NCBI GenBank assembly: GCA_964636815.1
Contig: CAZWTF010000006.1
Location: 8,461-72,460, forward strand
Origin: an uncultured Pseudomonadota bacterium
GTDB lineage: Bacteria; Babelota; Babeliae; Babelales; Vermiphilaceae
DNA length: 64,000 nucleotides
Direction: 5' to 3'
This document shows positions 55,389-63,365 of this stretch, piece after piece; positions within the stretch are counted from its first letter, which is position 1; each line of letters begins with the position of its first letter. Made by a program: the position numbers and the translations under genes. Below the pieces are notes generated by a model, which had not been told where the DNA came from, ran no database searches, and worked only from the letters and a program-made list of their open reading frames with translations.

Positions 55389-56558
55389 TTATCCCTTCAG
55401 ATAACTCAAAATACCAAACATTAGCTCAATAAAAATAAGAATAATAATAAGCACAGATAGTAGATCTTCTCGAGTGGCATCTATTTTTTCTTGGAACACA
55501 GTTTGCACATCTTCAACAATGCGTAGTTTTCTATCAATTCCTTCATGCCAATTTTTTAGATCAAGTTTTTCAGAAAGAAGATTGTGAATCTCTGAATAAT
55601 AAGGTTCACCGGCAATTTTGATGCTACTTTCTAAACGTTCAGTGATTACCGAAATATCTACTTTTAGTTTACGTAACTGCCCAACAGGATCGCTGAAAAA
55701 AGTACCAAAGAATGGTAAGTAAGCACCCAACGACAGTTTTGTCTCTTTACGCTCATAAATCATGTTGATCTGCTGATCAAGAAGGCGGTCGAAAAAGCGC
55801 AATTCAAGGTGCTGGAGATTGGCAAATTCAAAGAGATCAATAATGTCGTTATAATCTTCTTCATAAACAAACGCTGCATCAATATCAATAACAATCAAAC
55901 TGCCACGGAAATAACCAATTGCTGAATCAAGCATCTCATTCTTTTGAAATTCAGATAATATTTCTGTTTCAAAACGCAATGTGGAAGCAATGGTACTGCC
56001 GTACTCTTTTTGCAGTTGGGTTAGATCAAGTACTGCAGGTTGTGGATCAACTTGTACAATGATATAAGAAGCTTTTGTTTGAAAGAATTTTGGTTGTATA
56101 ACGAAACGTTCTATCTTGTTATAAATCAGCTCAGCGTCTTTGATGCTTTGTTGTTGATACTTGTCAGCAAGCTGATCACAGTTTACACGTAAATTTTCCA
56201 GTGTATCGGAAAATGGAATTTTATATGTTAAAGATATTGCGCCAAAATTGTGTACTTTGCTACTGGTTAAATATGAATCAGAAGGTGTAGGGTGTTCTAT
56301 GGCAAGTGGGACATTGTACTGTTTAAAATGTTTTGGCAGATGAAGTGGTACTTTAATAATATCGGGTGATTCTTCGATTTTTTCAAGGTTAATGTCTTCA
56401 CCAATATCATATGCCCATAGAATGAGAATGTTTCCGGAAAATATAAGATCATTTTTTGGTTTATCAAGATCTGGAGTGAGAGATGGCATGTTCAGTTCCC
56501 TTTGATTGAATGGGTGGTTGTTATTATTGAGCATAGCTAAGATCAACGTATCGGGCAA
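55389..56558 (-). CDS. DUF155/RMD1-like protein with a C-terminal TM helix (tentative)
   Basis: Soluble ~350 aa domain ending in a single C-terminal helix LSVLIIILIFIELMFGILSYL, as I recall for the YagE/RMD1 family. The start may be the internal MPSLTP. Confidence 0.4.
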   Translation of the reverse strand: MPDTLILAMLNNNNHPFNQRELNMPSLTPDLDKPKNDLIFSGNILILWAYDIGEDINLEKIEESPDIIKVPLHLPKHFKQYNVPLAIEHPTPSDSYLTSSKVHNFGAISLTYKIPFSDTLENLRVNCDQLADKYQQQSIKDAELIYNKIERFVIQPKFFQTKASYIIVQVDPQPAVLDLTQLQKEYGSTIASTLRFETEILSEFQKNEMLDSAIGYFRGSLIVIDIDAAFVYEEDYNDIIDLFEFANLQHLELRFFDRLLDQQINMIYERKETKLSLGAYLPFFGTFFSDPVGQLRKLKVDISVITERLESSIKIAGEPYYSEIHNLLSEKLDLKNWHEGIDRKLRIVEDVQTVFQEKIDATREDLLSVLIIILIFIELMFGILSYLKG

Positions 56559-56600
56559 CTTCTTAGAAGAAGATTTAAAAATAAAAATTTGCTTATTGAC

Positions 56601-56750
56601 CCGCTCGCCCTGAGTGTTCTACGAAGTATAACGTAGTAGAATGTATCGAAGGGTGCGATATAAAAAAGACTTGTGTTTGTTATCTTTCCGCTTAACCCTT
56701 CGATACATTTTTGCTTTGCTAAAGCTACGAAAAACACTCAGGGCGAGCGG
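56601..56750. repeat. 150-bp palindromic element built from two inverted family 2 repeat units
   Basis: Perfect 18-bp terminal inverted repeats CCGCTCGCCCTGAGTGTT / AACACTCAGGGCGAGCGG. A second perfect inverted block ATGTATCGAAGGGT / ACCCTTCGATACAT lies inside. Confidence 0.8.
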
Positions 56751-56799
56751 AAGAAGTCAATGAGTCCTAAAATAAGTTAGTGAAATTTTTAAGTACTTC

Positions 56800-56829
56800 A
56801 AAAAAAAGACGCACCATAAAAGTGCGCCT
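56800..56829 (-). terminator. Rho-independent terminator after the RGG gene
   Basis: On the minus strand: GGCGCAC-ttttatg-GTGCGTC followed by a T8 run. Confidence 0.7.
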
Positions 56830-56855
56830 TTTTTTTCTGCAAACTTAATATCAAT

Positions 56856-57602
56856 TTATCCTCGAGCTGCAACTCCGGCTGCATAACCAGCTGAATAGTC
56901 AGCTTTTTCCGCAGATCCTTGTGCGCTTTCAGCTGCTTCCATTGCATCGGCTGCTGCTTGTTCAGCTCTATCAGCTTCTGCTTTAGATGCATAGTAATAA
57001 CCATCGTAATCAGATTGATAAGGATGTGATGCACTTGCTGCTAGTGCGTATGTAAGTCCAAGGGTACCTAAGAATAATCCGTAACCGCCCCATGCTCCCC
57101 ATCCACCCCAGTCGCCGCCATGTCCATAGTAATTGTTGTATGTATTGCCACGGTTACCACGATTTCCGCGATCACCACGGTTACCTCTGTTACCACGGTC
57201 TCCTCTATTGCCACGGTTACCTCTGTTACCACGGTCTCCTCTATTGCCAGCCCCAGTACCTCTGCCACCTCTGTTAGCAACACCAGCTCTTGTTCCAGCG
57301 CCCCCACGGCCTACAGCTGCAGTACCTCTACCGCCTCTGTTTGCTACGCCAGTGCCACCTCTACCTGCAGCGCCTCTGCCAGCACCGCCCATACGAGCAC
57401 CACCAGCGCGAGCACCACCGCCCATGCTTCTACCGCCACCACCCATGCTACGGCCACCGCCGCCCATACTTCTACCACCGCCTCCACGACCACCTCCGCC
57501 ACCACCACGGCCACCACCGCCGCCGCGTGGGAATGTGTCTTGAGTGAGCAAGAGTATGCTTGCAACTATACAGAGAGCATTAATTAGTTTTTTTCCGTTC
57601 AT
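56856..57602 (-). CDS. Exported Gly/Arg-rich (RGG/GAR-like) low-complexity protein with one C-proximal hydrophobic helix
   Basis: AGGAAG SD. Signal peptide MNGKKLINALCIVASILLLTQD, then GGGRGGGGGGRGGGGRSMGGGGRSMGGGGRSM...NRGDRGNRGNRG repeats, a Trp/Gly/Tyr block, a TM-like GLFLGTLGLTYALAASA, and an Ala/Glu-rich tail. Confidence 0.7.
   Translation of the reverse strand: MNGKKLINALCIVASILLLTQDTFPRGGGGGRGGGGGGRGGGGRSMGGGGRSMGGGGRSMGGGARAGGARMGGAGRGAAGRGGTGVANRGGRGTAAVGRGGAGTRAGVANRGGRGTGAGNRGDRGNRGNRGNRGDRGNRGNRGDRGNRGNRGNTYNNYYGHGGDWGGWGAWGGYGLFLGTLGLTYALAASASHPYQSDYDGYYYASKAEADRAEQAAADAMEAAESAQGSAEKADYSAGYAAGVAARG
57175..57246. repeat. Perfect 36-bp tandem duplication inside the RGG gene
   Basis: CCACGGTTACCTCTGTTACCACGGTCTCCTCTATTG occurs twice in tandem (57175..57210 and 57211..57246). 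Looser 21-bp RSMGGGG-coding repeats lie around 57410..57480. Confidence 0.9.
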
Positions 57603-57627
57603 AATCTTCCTTTTTTTGTTTTGTTAG

Positions 57628-57843
57628 TTATTCGCAACAATGACCTTTGGGTGTTCCGTTACAATTACAGCTATTACAGCCACATCCGCATGATTTTTTT
57701 CCATCGCAATTATTGCAACGGCATTTGCATTTATCTTTGCAAGACGTAGAGCTACACGCTGATTTACCATAGTTTCCGAAGTATTTGCTTTTTTCACCTG
57801 GATTGGAATTATCGCTATTGTTGTTTTTGATATGCTTTTTCAT
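57628..57843 (-). CDS. Cys-rich mini-protein (71 aa), metallothionein-like or peptide precursor
   Basis: AAGGAG lies 8 nt upstream of ATG 57843. The N-terminal half is polar (MKKHIKNNNSDNSNPGEKSKYFGNYGK). The C-terminal 45 aa hold 14 Cys in CxC/CxxC spacing (CKDKCKCRCNNCDGKKSCGCGCNSCNCNGTPKGHCCE). Confidence 0.55.
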   Translation of the reverse strand: MKKHIKNNNSDNSNPGEKSKYFGNYGKSACSSTSCKDKCKCRCNNCDGKKSCGCGCNSCNCNGTPKGHCCE

Positions 57844-57983
57844 AAAAAGCACTCCTTTTTTTGGGGTTATGAGTTAAAAAACATCCTTCACCCTTAACTA
57901 TAATTAAAAAGAGGCTTATAACTCAATAATTCGTTTAACTTTTGCAGTAAAAATATCTATAGATGAGTGTTTTTTATACAAAA

Positions 57984-58021
57984 ATAACCTCTTTAACTAA
58001 AGATAAAGTTAAAGAGGTTAT
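57984..58021 (-). terminator. Hairpin terminator after lepA
   Basis: ATAACCTCTTTAACT-aaagataa-AGTTAAAGAGGTTAT, a perfect 15-bp stem. The T-run on the minus strand is short. Confidence 0.5.
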
Positions 58022-58048
58022 TATAAAAAAGTGTAAGTTTAGAGAATG

Positions 58049-59869
58049 TTACTTTTTCAAAAGAGATAAGAATGCCTCTTGAGGCACTTCAACAGATCCG
58101 ACCTGTTTCATTTTCTTTTTACCTTCTTTTTGCTTTTCAAGAAGTTTGCGCTTACGAGTAATATCGCCACCATAACACTTTGCAGTTACGTCTTTACGCA
58201 ATGGAGCAACCCGCTCTTTGGCGATAATTTTTGCTCCAATAGCAGCTTGAATAATAACTTCAAACAGTTGGCGATGGATAACTTTTTGTAGACGCTGAGT
58301 AAGATCTCTGCCTATATAAAATGCCCTATCTCGGTGAATAATGATAGAAAGCGCATCAACAGGCTTACCATTCAAAAGAATATCCATTTTAACAAGGTCT
58401 GCAGGCTCATAACCAGAAAACTCATAATCAAAACTTGCGTAGCCGGAGCTTAATCCTTTGAGTTCTCCATAAAATTCCATAGCAACTTCATTGAGTGGTA
58501 AGCGGTATTTTAGGATTACGCGAGTATCATCAAGGTACGTAAGGTTTTGTTGTTTGCCACGTTTTTCTTCACACAGTTTGATAACGTTGCCAAGGTATTG
58601 CTGAGGAACAATGATAGTTGCATCAATCACAGGTTCAAGAATTTCATCAATATAGTTGCGTTCAGGAAAATCTGATGGGTTTTCAATATCAATAATTTTA
58701 CCTGTGCCGGCCATTTTGATTTGATATAATACGCTTGGTGCAGTGGCAATAACTGTTAAGTTATATTCTTGTTCAAGGCGTTGTTTGAATACTTCCATGT
58801 GGAGCATACCCAAGAATCCGCACCGAAACCCGATACCAAGTGCAGCAGAGCTCTTTTTTTCAACTGAAATACTAGCGTCGTTAAGGGTAAGTTTTTCAAT
58901 TGCTTCTTCTAATAATCCAATTTCTTCACTATCCACGGGGAATACGCCCGCAAAAACCATCTGTTTTGCAGGTTTAAAGCCAGGAAATAGTTCAACAGGT
59001 TTTTTGTTGTGATAAATAGTATCACCAATTTGTGCTTCTTTAATGGTTTTCATACCAGTGATGAGATATCCAACTTGTCCTGCATAGAGAACATTAGTTG
59101 GCGTTGGTTCTGGATACATTAACCCGACTTCCAACACCTCATAATTTGAGCTTGCTTGTGCCAGACATATGGTATCGCCTTTTTTGATAACTCCATCATG
59201 CAATGCAATAAGGCAAACAACACCACGATAATCATCAAACCATGAATCGAACAGTAGTGCGCGCAGTGGTTTATCAGCTGATACATGCAAGTTTGGAATG
59301 CGTTCAATGACAGCGCTAAAGATATCAGTAACACCAATATTTGCTTTTGCTGAAGCTTGAATCACTTCTTCTGGTTTAAAGTCAAAAAGGTTAACAAATT
59401 GATTGGTTACTTTTTCTGGATCAGCATTGGGAAGATCAATTTTGTTAATGACGGGAATAATTGTTAAGTCCTGATCAAATGCAAGATAGAAGTTTGCCAT
59501 GGTTTGCGCTTGAACGCCTTGTGCTGCGTCAATTAAAAGCAATGCACCTTGGCAGGCATATAATGAACGAGAAACTTCATATGTAAAATCAACGTGGCCT
59601 GGGGTATCAATAAGATTCAGTAAATATTTCACCCCTTTGTATTCATAAAACATGGAAGCAGTTTGCGCTTTGACGGTAATGCCACGTTCACGCTCTACTT
59701 GGAGTTTATCCAAAAATTGTTCTTTTTTTTGACGCTCAGTGATGGTTCCAGATATTTCCAATAATCTATCAGATAAGGTTGATTTGCCGTGATCGATATG
59801 GGCAATAATGGAAAAATTTCTGATTCTATCGGGGGTAAATTCTTGTAAATTAGGAATGCGTTGACTCAT
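58049..59869 (-). CDS. lepA: Elongation factor 4 (LepA)
   Basis: G1 AHIDHGKST, G3 DTPGHVDF, G4 NKIDL. 606 aa with a LepA-specific C-terminal domain. Confidence 0.95.
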   Translation of the reverse strand: MSQRIPNLQEFTPDRIRNFSIIAHIDHGKSTLSDRLLEISGTITERQKKEQFLDKLQVERERGITVKAQTASMFYEYKGVKYLLNLIDTPGHVDFTYEVSRSLYACQGALLLIDAAQGVQAQTMANFYLAFDQDLTIIPVINKIDLPNADPEKVTNQFVNLFDFKPEEVIQASAKANIGVTDIFSAVIERIPNLHVSADKPLRALLFDSWFDDYRGVVCLIALHDGVIKKGDTICLAQASSNYEVLEVGLMYPEPTPTNVLYAGQVGYLITGMKTIKEAQIGDTIYHNKKPVELFPGFKPAKQMVFAGVFPVDSEEIGLLEEAIEKLTLNDASISVEKKSSAALGIGFRCGFLGMLHMEVFKQRLEQEYNLTVIATAPSVLYQIKMAGTGKIIDIENPSDFPERNYIDEILEPVIDATIIVPQQYLGNVIKLCEEKRGKQQNLTYLDDTRVILKYRLPLNEVAMEFYGELKGLSSGYASFDYEFSGYEPADLVKMDILLNGKPVDALSIIIHRDRAFYIGRDLTQRLQKVIHRQLFEVIIQAAIGAKIIAKERVAPLRKDVTAKCYGGDITRKRKLLEKQKEGKKKMKQVGSVEVPQEAFLSLLKK

Positions 59870-60101
59870 GCGTTTCTCATTCTATGGTTTTAAGGGTGTT
59901 TTTGTAAGGAAAAAACCTTAGGAATAAGTATAAAGATATGTGGTTGAGTTGTAAAATGTGCCTTACATACCTTATTGGCATTATTATTGGCAATTTATTG
60001 CTACAAATAGCTAATAATAGTTAATATGGGCGCTATTTGATTGATTGTAGGATTGGTGGTAAAGTTGTCACATAGGGTGTTATTTATACAAGGGATTTAT
60101 T

Positions 60102-60824
60102 ATGAAAAAGCTATTATTGGCTTTTGTTGTTATGGCGAGTGTTGGTTATGATGCAAGTGCAATGATTTTTAAGAGAGACCGTACAGTTGCCTTACCAGTA
60201 GTTGATGACATAAAAGATGCAGAGTGGTCTCCGCAAGCTTCCCAAGATTGGTTCGGGCCATTAAAAAAAATAAATGATCGTACTCAGGAAGAATTAAGCA
60301 TATTAGAGATCGGTGCTAAGAGGGATTTAAGAGAGTTAGAGGTACTTGCTCAGAAAAATTTAAGAGGACTCGAGAAAAAGATAACAATCAAGATATTGTG
60401 TGATGCATTTAAAAAAGATTGCGAAAATGTACGTAATAATCATAAGAATCCTGTGATGACTTACGAAACACATCAACTTGATCGAGAAAAGTGGAATGGT
60501 ACTATAAAATTTGAACATGAATTATGTGATTATAATTTTAATGAAACAATGAAGTCTTTAAAAAAAACAAAGAAAATTATAGAGCGAGATTTGAAAAATA
60601 TTTCTTGGTTTCAATGGTTATGGAATCGTGGGGCGTATAAAAACTATCAAAAATCGATTCAAGTCTTAGATAATGAAATTGCTTTGCATGAAGATCGAGA
60701 TAGACATATGTTTAATTTGTGTACTTCAAGGGGGCTAATGATTTTAAACAGCCAGAGTGTGTTTAATAGATCAAGTATGCCACGAAGCATGTATGAAGAT
60801 TTTCACCTTCCTGCCCGCGAGTAA
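60102..60824 (+). CDS. Secreted protein, member 1 of the local MKKLLL paralog family
   Basis: Signal peptide MKKLLLAFVVMASVG. The C-terminal block KKIIERDLKNISWFQWLWNRGAYKNYQKSIQVLDNEIAL is shared with 61537..62385. Confidence 0.55.
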   Translation: MKKLLLAFVVMASVGYDASAMIFKRDRTVALPVVDDIKDAEWSPQASQDWFGPLKKINDRTQEELSILEIGAKRDLRELEVLAQKNLRGLEKKITIKILCDAFKKDCENVRNNHKNPVMTYETHQLDREKWNGTIKFEHELCDYNFNETMKSLKKTKKIIERDLKNISWFQWLWNRGAYKNYQKSIQVLDNEIALHEDRDRHMFNLCTSRGLMILNSQSVFNRSSMPRSMYEDFHLPARE

Positions 60825-60857
60825 TTGCTTAAAATAGCTTATTAAAATTTAAATAGT

Positions 60858-60907
60858 GGGACGTTGGAGTTGGCCAGCAATGGTTAAAACAACGCCCCCT
60901 TTTTTTG
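60858..60907 (+). terminator. Putative terminator
   Basis: GGGACGTTG...CAACGCCCC followed by a T8 run. The loop is long. Confidence 0.45.
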
Positions 60908-61024
60908 GTTAAAAAAGCATAATGCATCTCAAAAGTAGCTAAAAATCGACCCTTTTGAGATGTTTCCTGACTTATGGTAACCTTAAAGTAGAGCATTATT
61001 GTGTCTAAATGGGGGGCATTTATT

Positions 61025-61375
61025 ATGAAAAAGTTATTATTAGCCTATGTGTTTTCGATTGGTTTTGTGCAAGTAGTACGCGCAGATGTCAATGAAATGA
61101 TCAGTGATTTATCCGCAATAAATAGAACTGTAGAGCAAATGCAGGAGCAGCAAGAGCAAAAGCAGCTAAAAAAAATAGAGAATTTATCATCATTGTATAA
61201 AAAGGCTAAAGATTTGGATGTAGGAGATGAATTTAAAGTGCCTGCATTTAGTAAGACTATGTGGAATGTGTGTGACTATCAAATGAAGAGACAAAATAAA
61301 ATGTTTCAACAATGGCAACAAGATCAGCCGGAAAAAATACAGATGATGAATAGATATCAAATGAATAGAGAATAG
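61025..61375 (+). CDS. Small secreted Gln-rich protein, member 2 of the MKKLLL family (short form)
   Basis: Signal peptide MKKLLLAYVFSIGFVQVVRA and a coiled-coil Q/E/K-rich body. Confidence 0.45.
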   Translation: MKKLLLAYVFSIGFVQVVRADVNEMISDLSAINRTVEQMQEQQEQKQLKKIENLSSLYKKAKDLDVGDEFKVPAFSKTMWNVCDYQMKRQNKMFQQWQQDQPEKIQMMNRYQMNRE

Positions 61376-61536
61376 TTATTTAAGCTTTTAAAAAATATAT
61401 AAAAATGGATTGTGGTAGTGATTGATTACTGTGCTCCATTTTGTGTTGTTGAAGTTTTTTGTCTATTTTGATCTATTTTAGGGTTTATAGTACGATTAAA
61501 ATATAAAGTTATTATGTACAAACGAGGTTAATTATT

Positions 61537-62385
61537 ATGAAAAAACTATTATTGGTTTTTGTAATTTTGGCAGGGGTTGTTCATCAAGATAAAGCGATGA
61601 ACTCTGACATTAAAGACAAAGATTTTTCTAAGCAATTTTTCCGTGAATTTCAAAATGAATATTCTAGCAAACAAGATTCTTTAGAGCAGCGCAAAGATCA
61701 GTTGATGCGCAGAAAGACTTCTCTGGAGACAAATATCAACCTTAAAAGGCTTAATTTAAGGAATAAAGAAAAAGATTTGGAAAAGAGTATGAAGCGATCC
61801 AACTCTGTATTATCATCTTTTATGAATATATTGGATTCAATAACAGTCGCTAACGAATCAATGTCTATTTCAAGTGATGTAAATGAGCTAAGACCTATAT
61901 TGGCTGAATTGAATGTTGTCTTAAATGAATCATCATCTAATATAAAGTTGTATACAGTTATCCAAGGGTTACAATCTGAGTATCCTGCAAATCGTTTGAA
62001 AAATCCATATTTGAAAACGGTAAAGACAAGTAATCCATTTGTAGAATCGACAAATAAAAAAGAAAGTAAGCAGTATGATGAAGCTTTATTTTCTTTAAAC
62101 GTAACAAAAAAAATTATAGAGCACGATTTGAGCAATGTGTCTTGGTTCCAATGGTTGTGGAATTATAGAGCGTATAAAAATTATCAAAAATCGATTCAAA
62201 TGTTAGATGAAGAAATAGCTTTATTTAAAGATCAAGATAGAGTTGTGTCTCCAAAAAAAATGGTCTATAACACTAAAAACTTTTTACAAACTTATTCCAA
62301 ACCACAATTAACACATCGTGAGGTTTTTACCAGATCAAATATGCCAAAGTCATTGTTTGAGCAGGTTAAAGCAGCTCGCGAGTAA
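61537..62385 (+). CDS. Secreted protein, member 3 of the MKKLLL paralog family
   Basis: Signal peptide MKKLLLVFVILAGVV. Block KKIIEHDLSNVSWFQWLWNYRAYKNYQKSIQMLDEEIAL and tail SNMPKSLFE....AARE match member 1. Confidence 0.55.
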   Translation: MKKLLLVFVILAGVVHQDKAMNSDIKDKDFSKQFFREFQNEYSSKQDSLEQRKDQLMRRKTSLETNINLKRLNLRNKEKDLEKSMKRSNSVLSSFMNILDSITVANESMSISSDVNELRPILAELNVVLNESSSNIKLYTVIQGLQSEYPANRLKNPYLKTVKTSNPFVESTNKKESKQYDEALFSLNVTKKIIEHDLSNVSWFQWLWNYRAYKNYQKSIQMLDEEIALFKDQDRVVSPKKMVYNTKNFLQTYSKPQLTHREVFTRSNMPKSLFEQVKAARE

Positions 62386-62415
62386 TTGTATGTAATAGTT
62401 TATAAATATATAAAA

Positions 62416-62457
62416 ATGGATTGTGGTAGTGATTGATTGCCACGATCCATTTTTTTT
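62416..62457 (+). terminator. Rho-independent terminator (part of a duplicated 35-bp post-gene segment)
   Basis: ATGGATTGTGG...CCACGATCCAT followed by a T8 run. The segment AAATATATAAAAATGGATTGTGGTAGTGATTGATT also occurs at 61390..61427. Confidence 0.65.
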
Positions 62458-62483
62458 ATAATAATGAGCTATCACTATGTAAC

Positions 62484-63311
62484 ATGAAGGGCTTTTTTGT
62501 GAAAATAAGAATAATTACAGCGGTATTTTTTGTTTTATCTTTTTTTATAAGCTCAGCAGCAGAGTTGAATATCACGCATGGTGTTGTTCAGTGCTTAAAC
62601 AAACGGCCGTATCAAGAAGATACATTTGTTGGTGCGAATGTTGTTGGAGGAAAATTCTTTGCGGTATATGATGGACATAATGGAAATAAAACATCATCTT
62701 TTTTAAAAGAAAATTTACATGCATATTTTCAGGAATGTTTAGTTGAGAATAGAAAGCAGTGTTTTGAAGATTCATTTGCAAAGGCTGAAAAGTATGCTTT
62801 AGAAAATTATGCAGATGGTTCAACGGCTGTTGTAGCGTATATAGACAGTAACAAGGTGTTGCATTATGCGTGGTCAGGGGATTCAAGGGCAGTTCTTGAA
62901 TGCAATGGTAAAGCATGTTTTGCTACGGATGATCATAAGCCTAATAGATCAGATGAAACAAGGCGTATAGAGCAAGCGGGTGGGACATTATGTTTTTATG
63001 GAGTATGGCGTATTAATGGGTTAGCAGTGTCACGTTCAATTGGTGATAAAAAAATGAAGACTTGTGGAGAAGGGCAGATTATTGCTGTTCCAGAATATGC
63101 ACAAAAGCAGCTCAATGCAGATAATCACTTTTTAATTATAGCTTCTGACGGTTTATGGGATGTGGTGAGTAGTGAAGATGCTGTTGCTATAGCTCAAAAG
63201 GGATTTGATGATCAAAAATCTGTAGATGATATCGCACAAGAGTTACAAAATGCCGCAATTAAAGAAGGCAGCAAAGATAACATCACAGTTTGCGTGGTTA
63301 AGTTTGATTAG
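62484..63311 (+). CDS. PP2C-family Ser/Thr protein phosphatase with N-terminal signal/anchor
   Basis: FFAVYDGHNG, GSTAVVAY, RINGLAVSRSIGD, IIASDGLWDV and DNITVCVV motifs. ATG 62484 was chosen because the longer ORF start lies in the upstream terminator. Confidence 0.8.
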   Translation: MKGFFVKIRIITAVFFVLSFFISSAAELNITHGVVQCLNKRPYQEDTFVGANVVGGKFFAVYDGHNGNKTSSFLKENLHAYFQECLVENRKQCFEDSFAKAEKYALENYADGSTAVVAYIDSNKVLHYAWSGDSRAVLECNGKACFATDDHKPNRSDETRRIEQAGGTLCFYGVWRINGLAVSRSIGDKKMKTCGEGQIIAVPEYAQKQLNADNHFLIIASDGLWDVVSSEDAVAIAQKGFDDQKSVDDIAQELQNAAIKEGSKDNITVCVVKFD

Positions 63312-63338
63312 TCGTTAAATTTGGTTATAGGTAAATCA

Positions 63339-63365
63339 AGAGCGCTGATTGTGTCAGCGCTCTTT
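63339..63365. terminator. Bidirectional terminator overlapping the stop of the convergent GNAT gene
   Basis: AAGAGCGCTGA-ttgtg-TCAGCGCTCTT with flanking T/A runs. Confidence 0.7.

Noticed and set aside
57068-57587. Five additional open frames (both strands) across the Gly/Arg repeat region
   Set aside because: The GC-rich repeat lacks stop codons in most frames. Only the minus-strand frame 56856..57602 has an SD, a signal peptide and a terminator.
57628-57843. Assignment of the Cys-rich peptide as a SCIFF/ranthipeptide precursor
   Set aside because: No radical SAM/SPASM maturase gene is adjacent, and the Cys spacing differs from what I recall for SCIFF. I kept it only as an open possibility in the findings.
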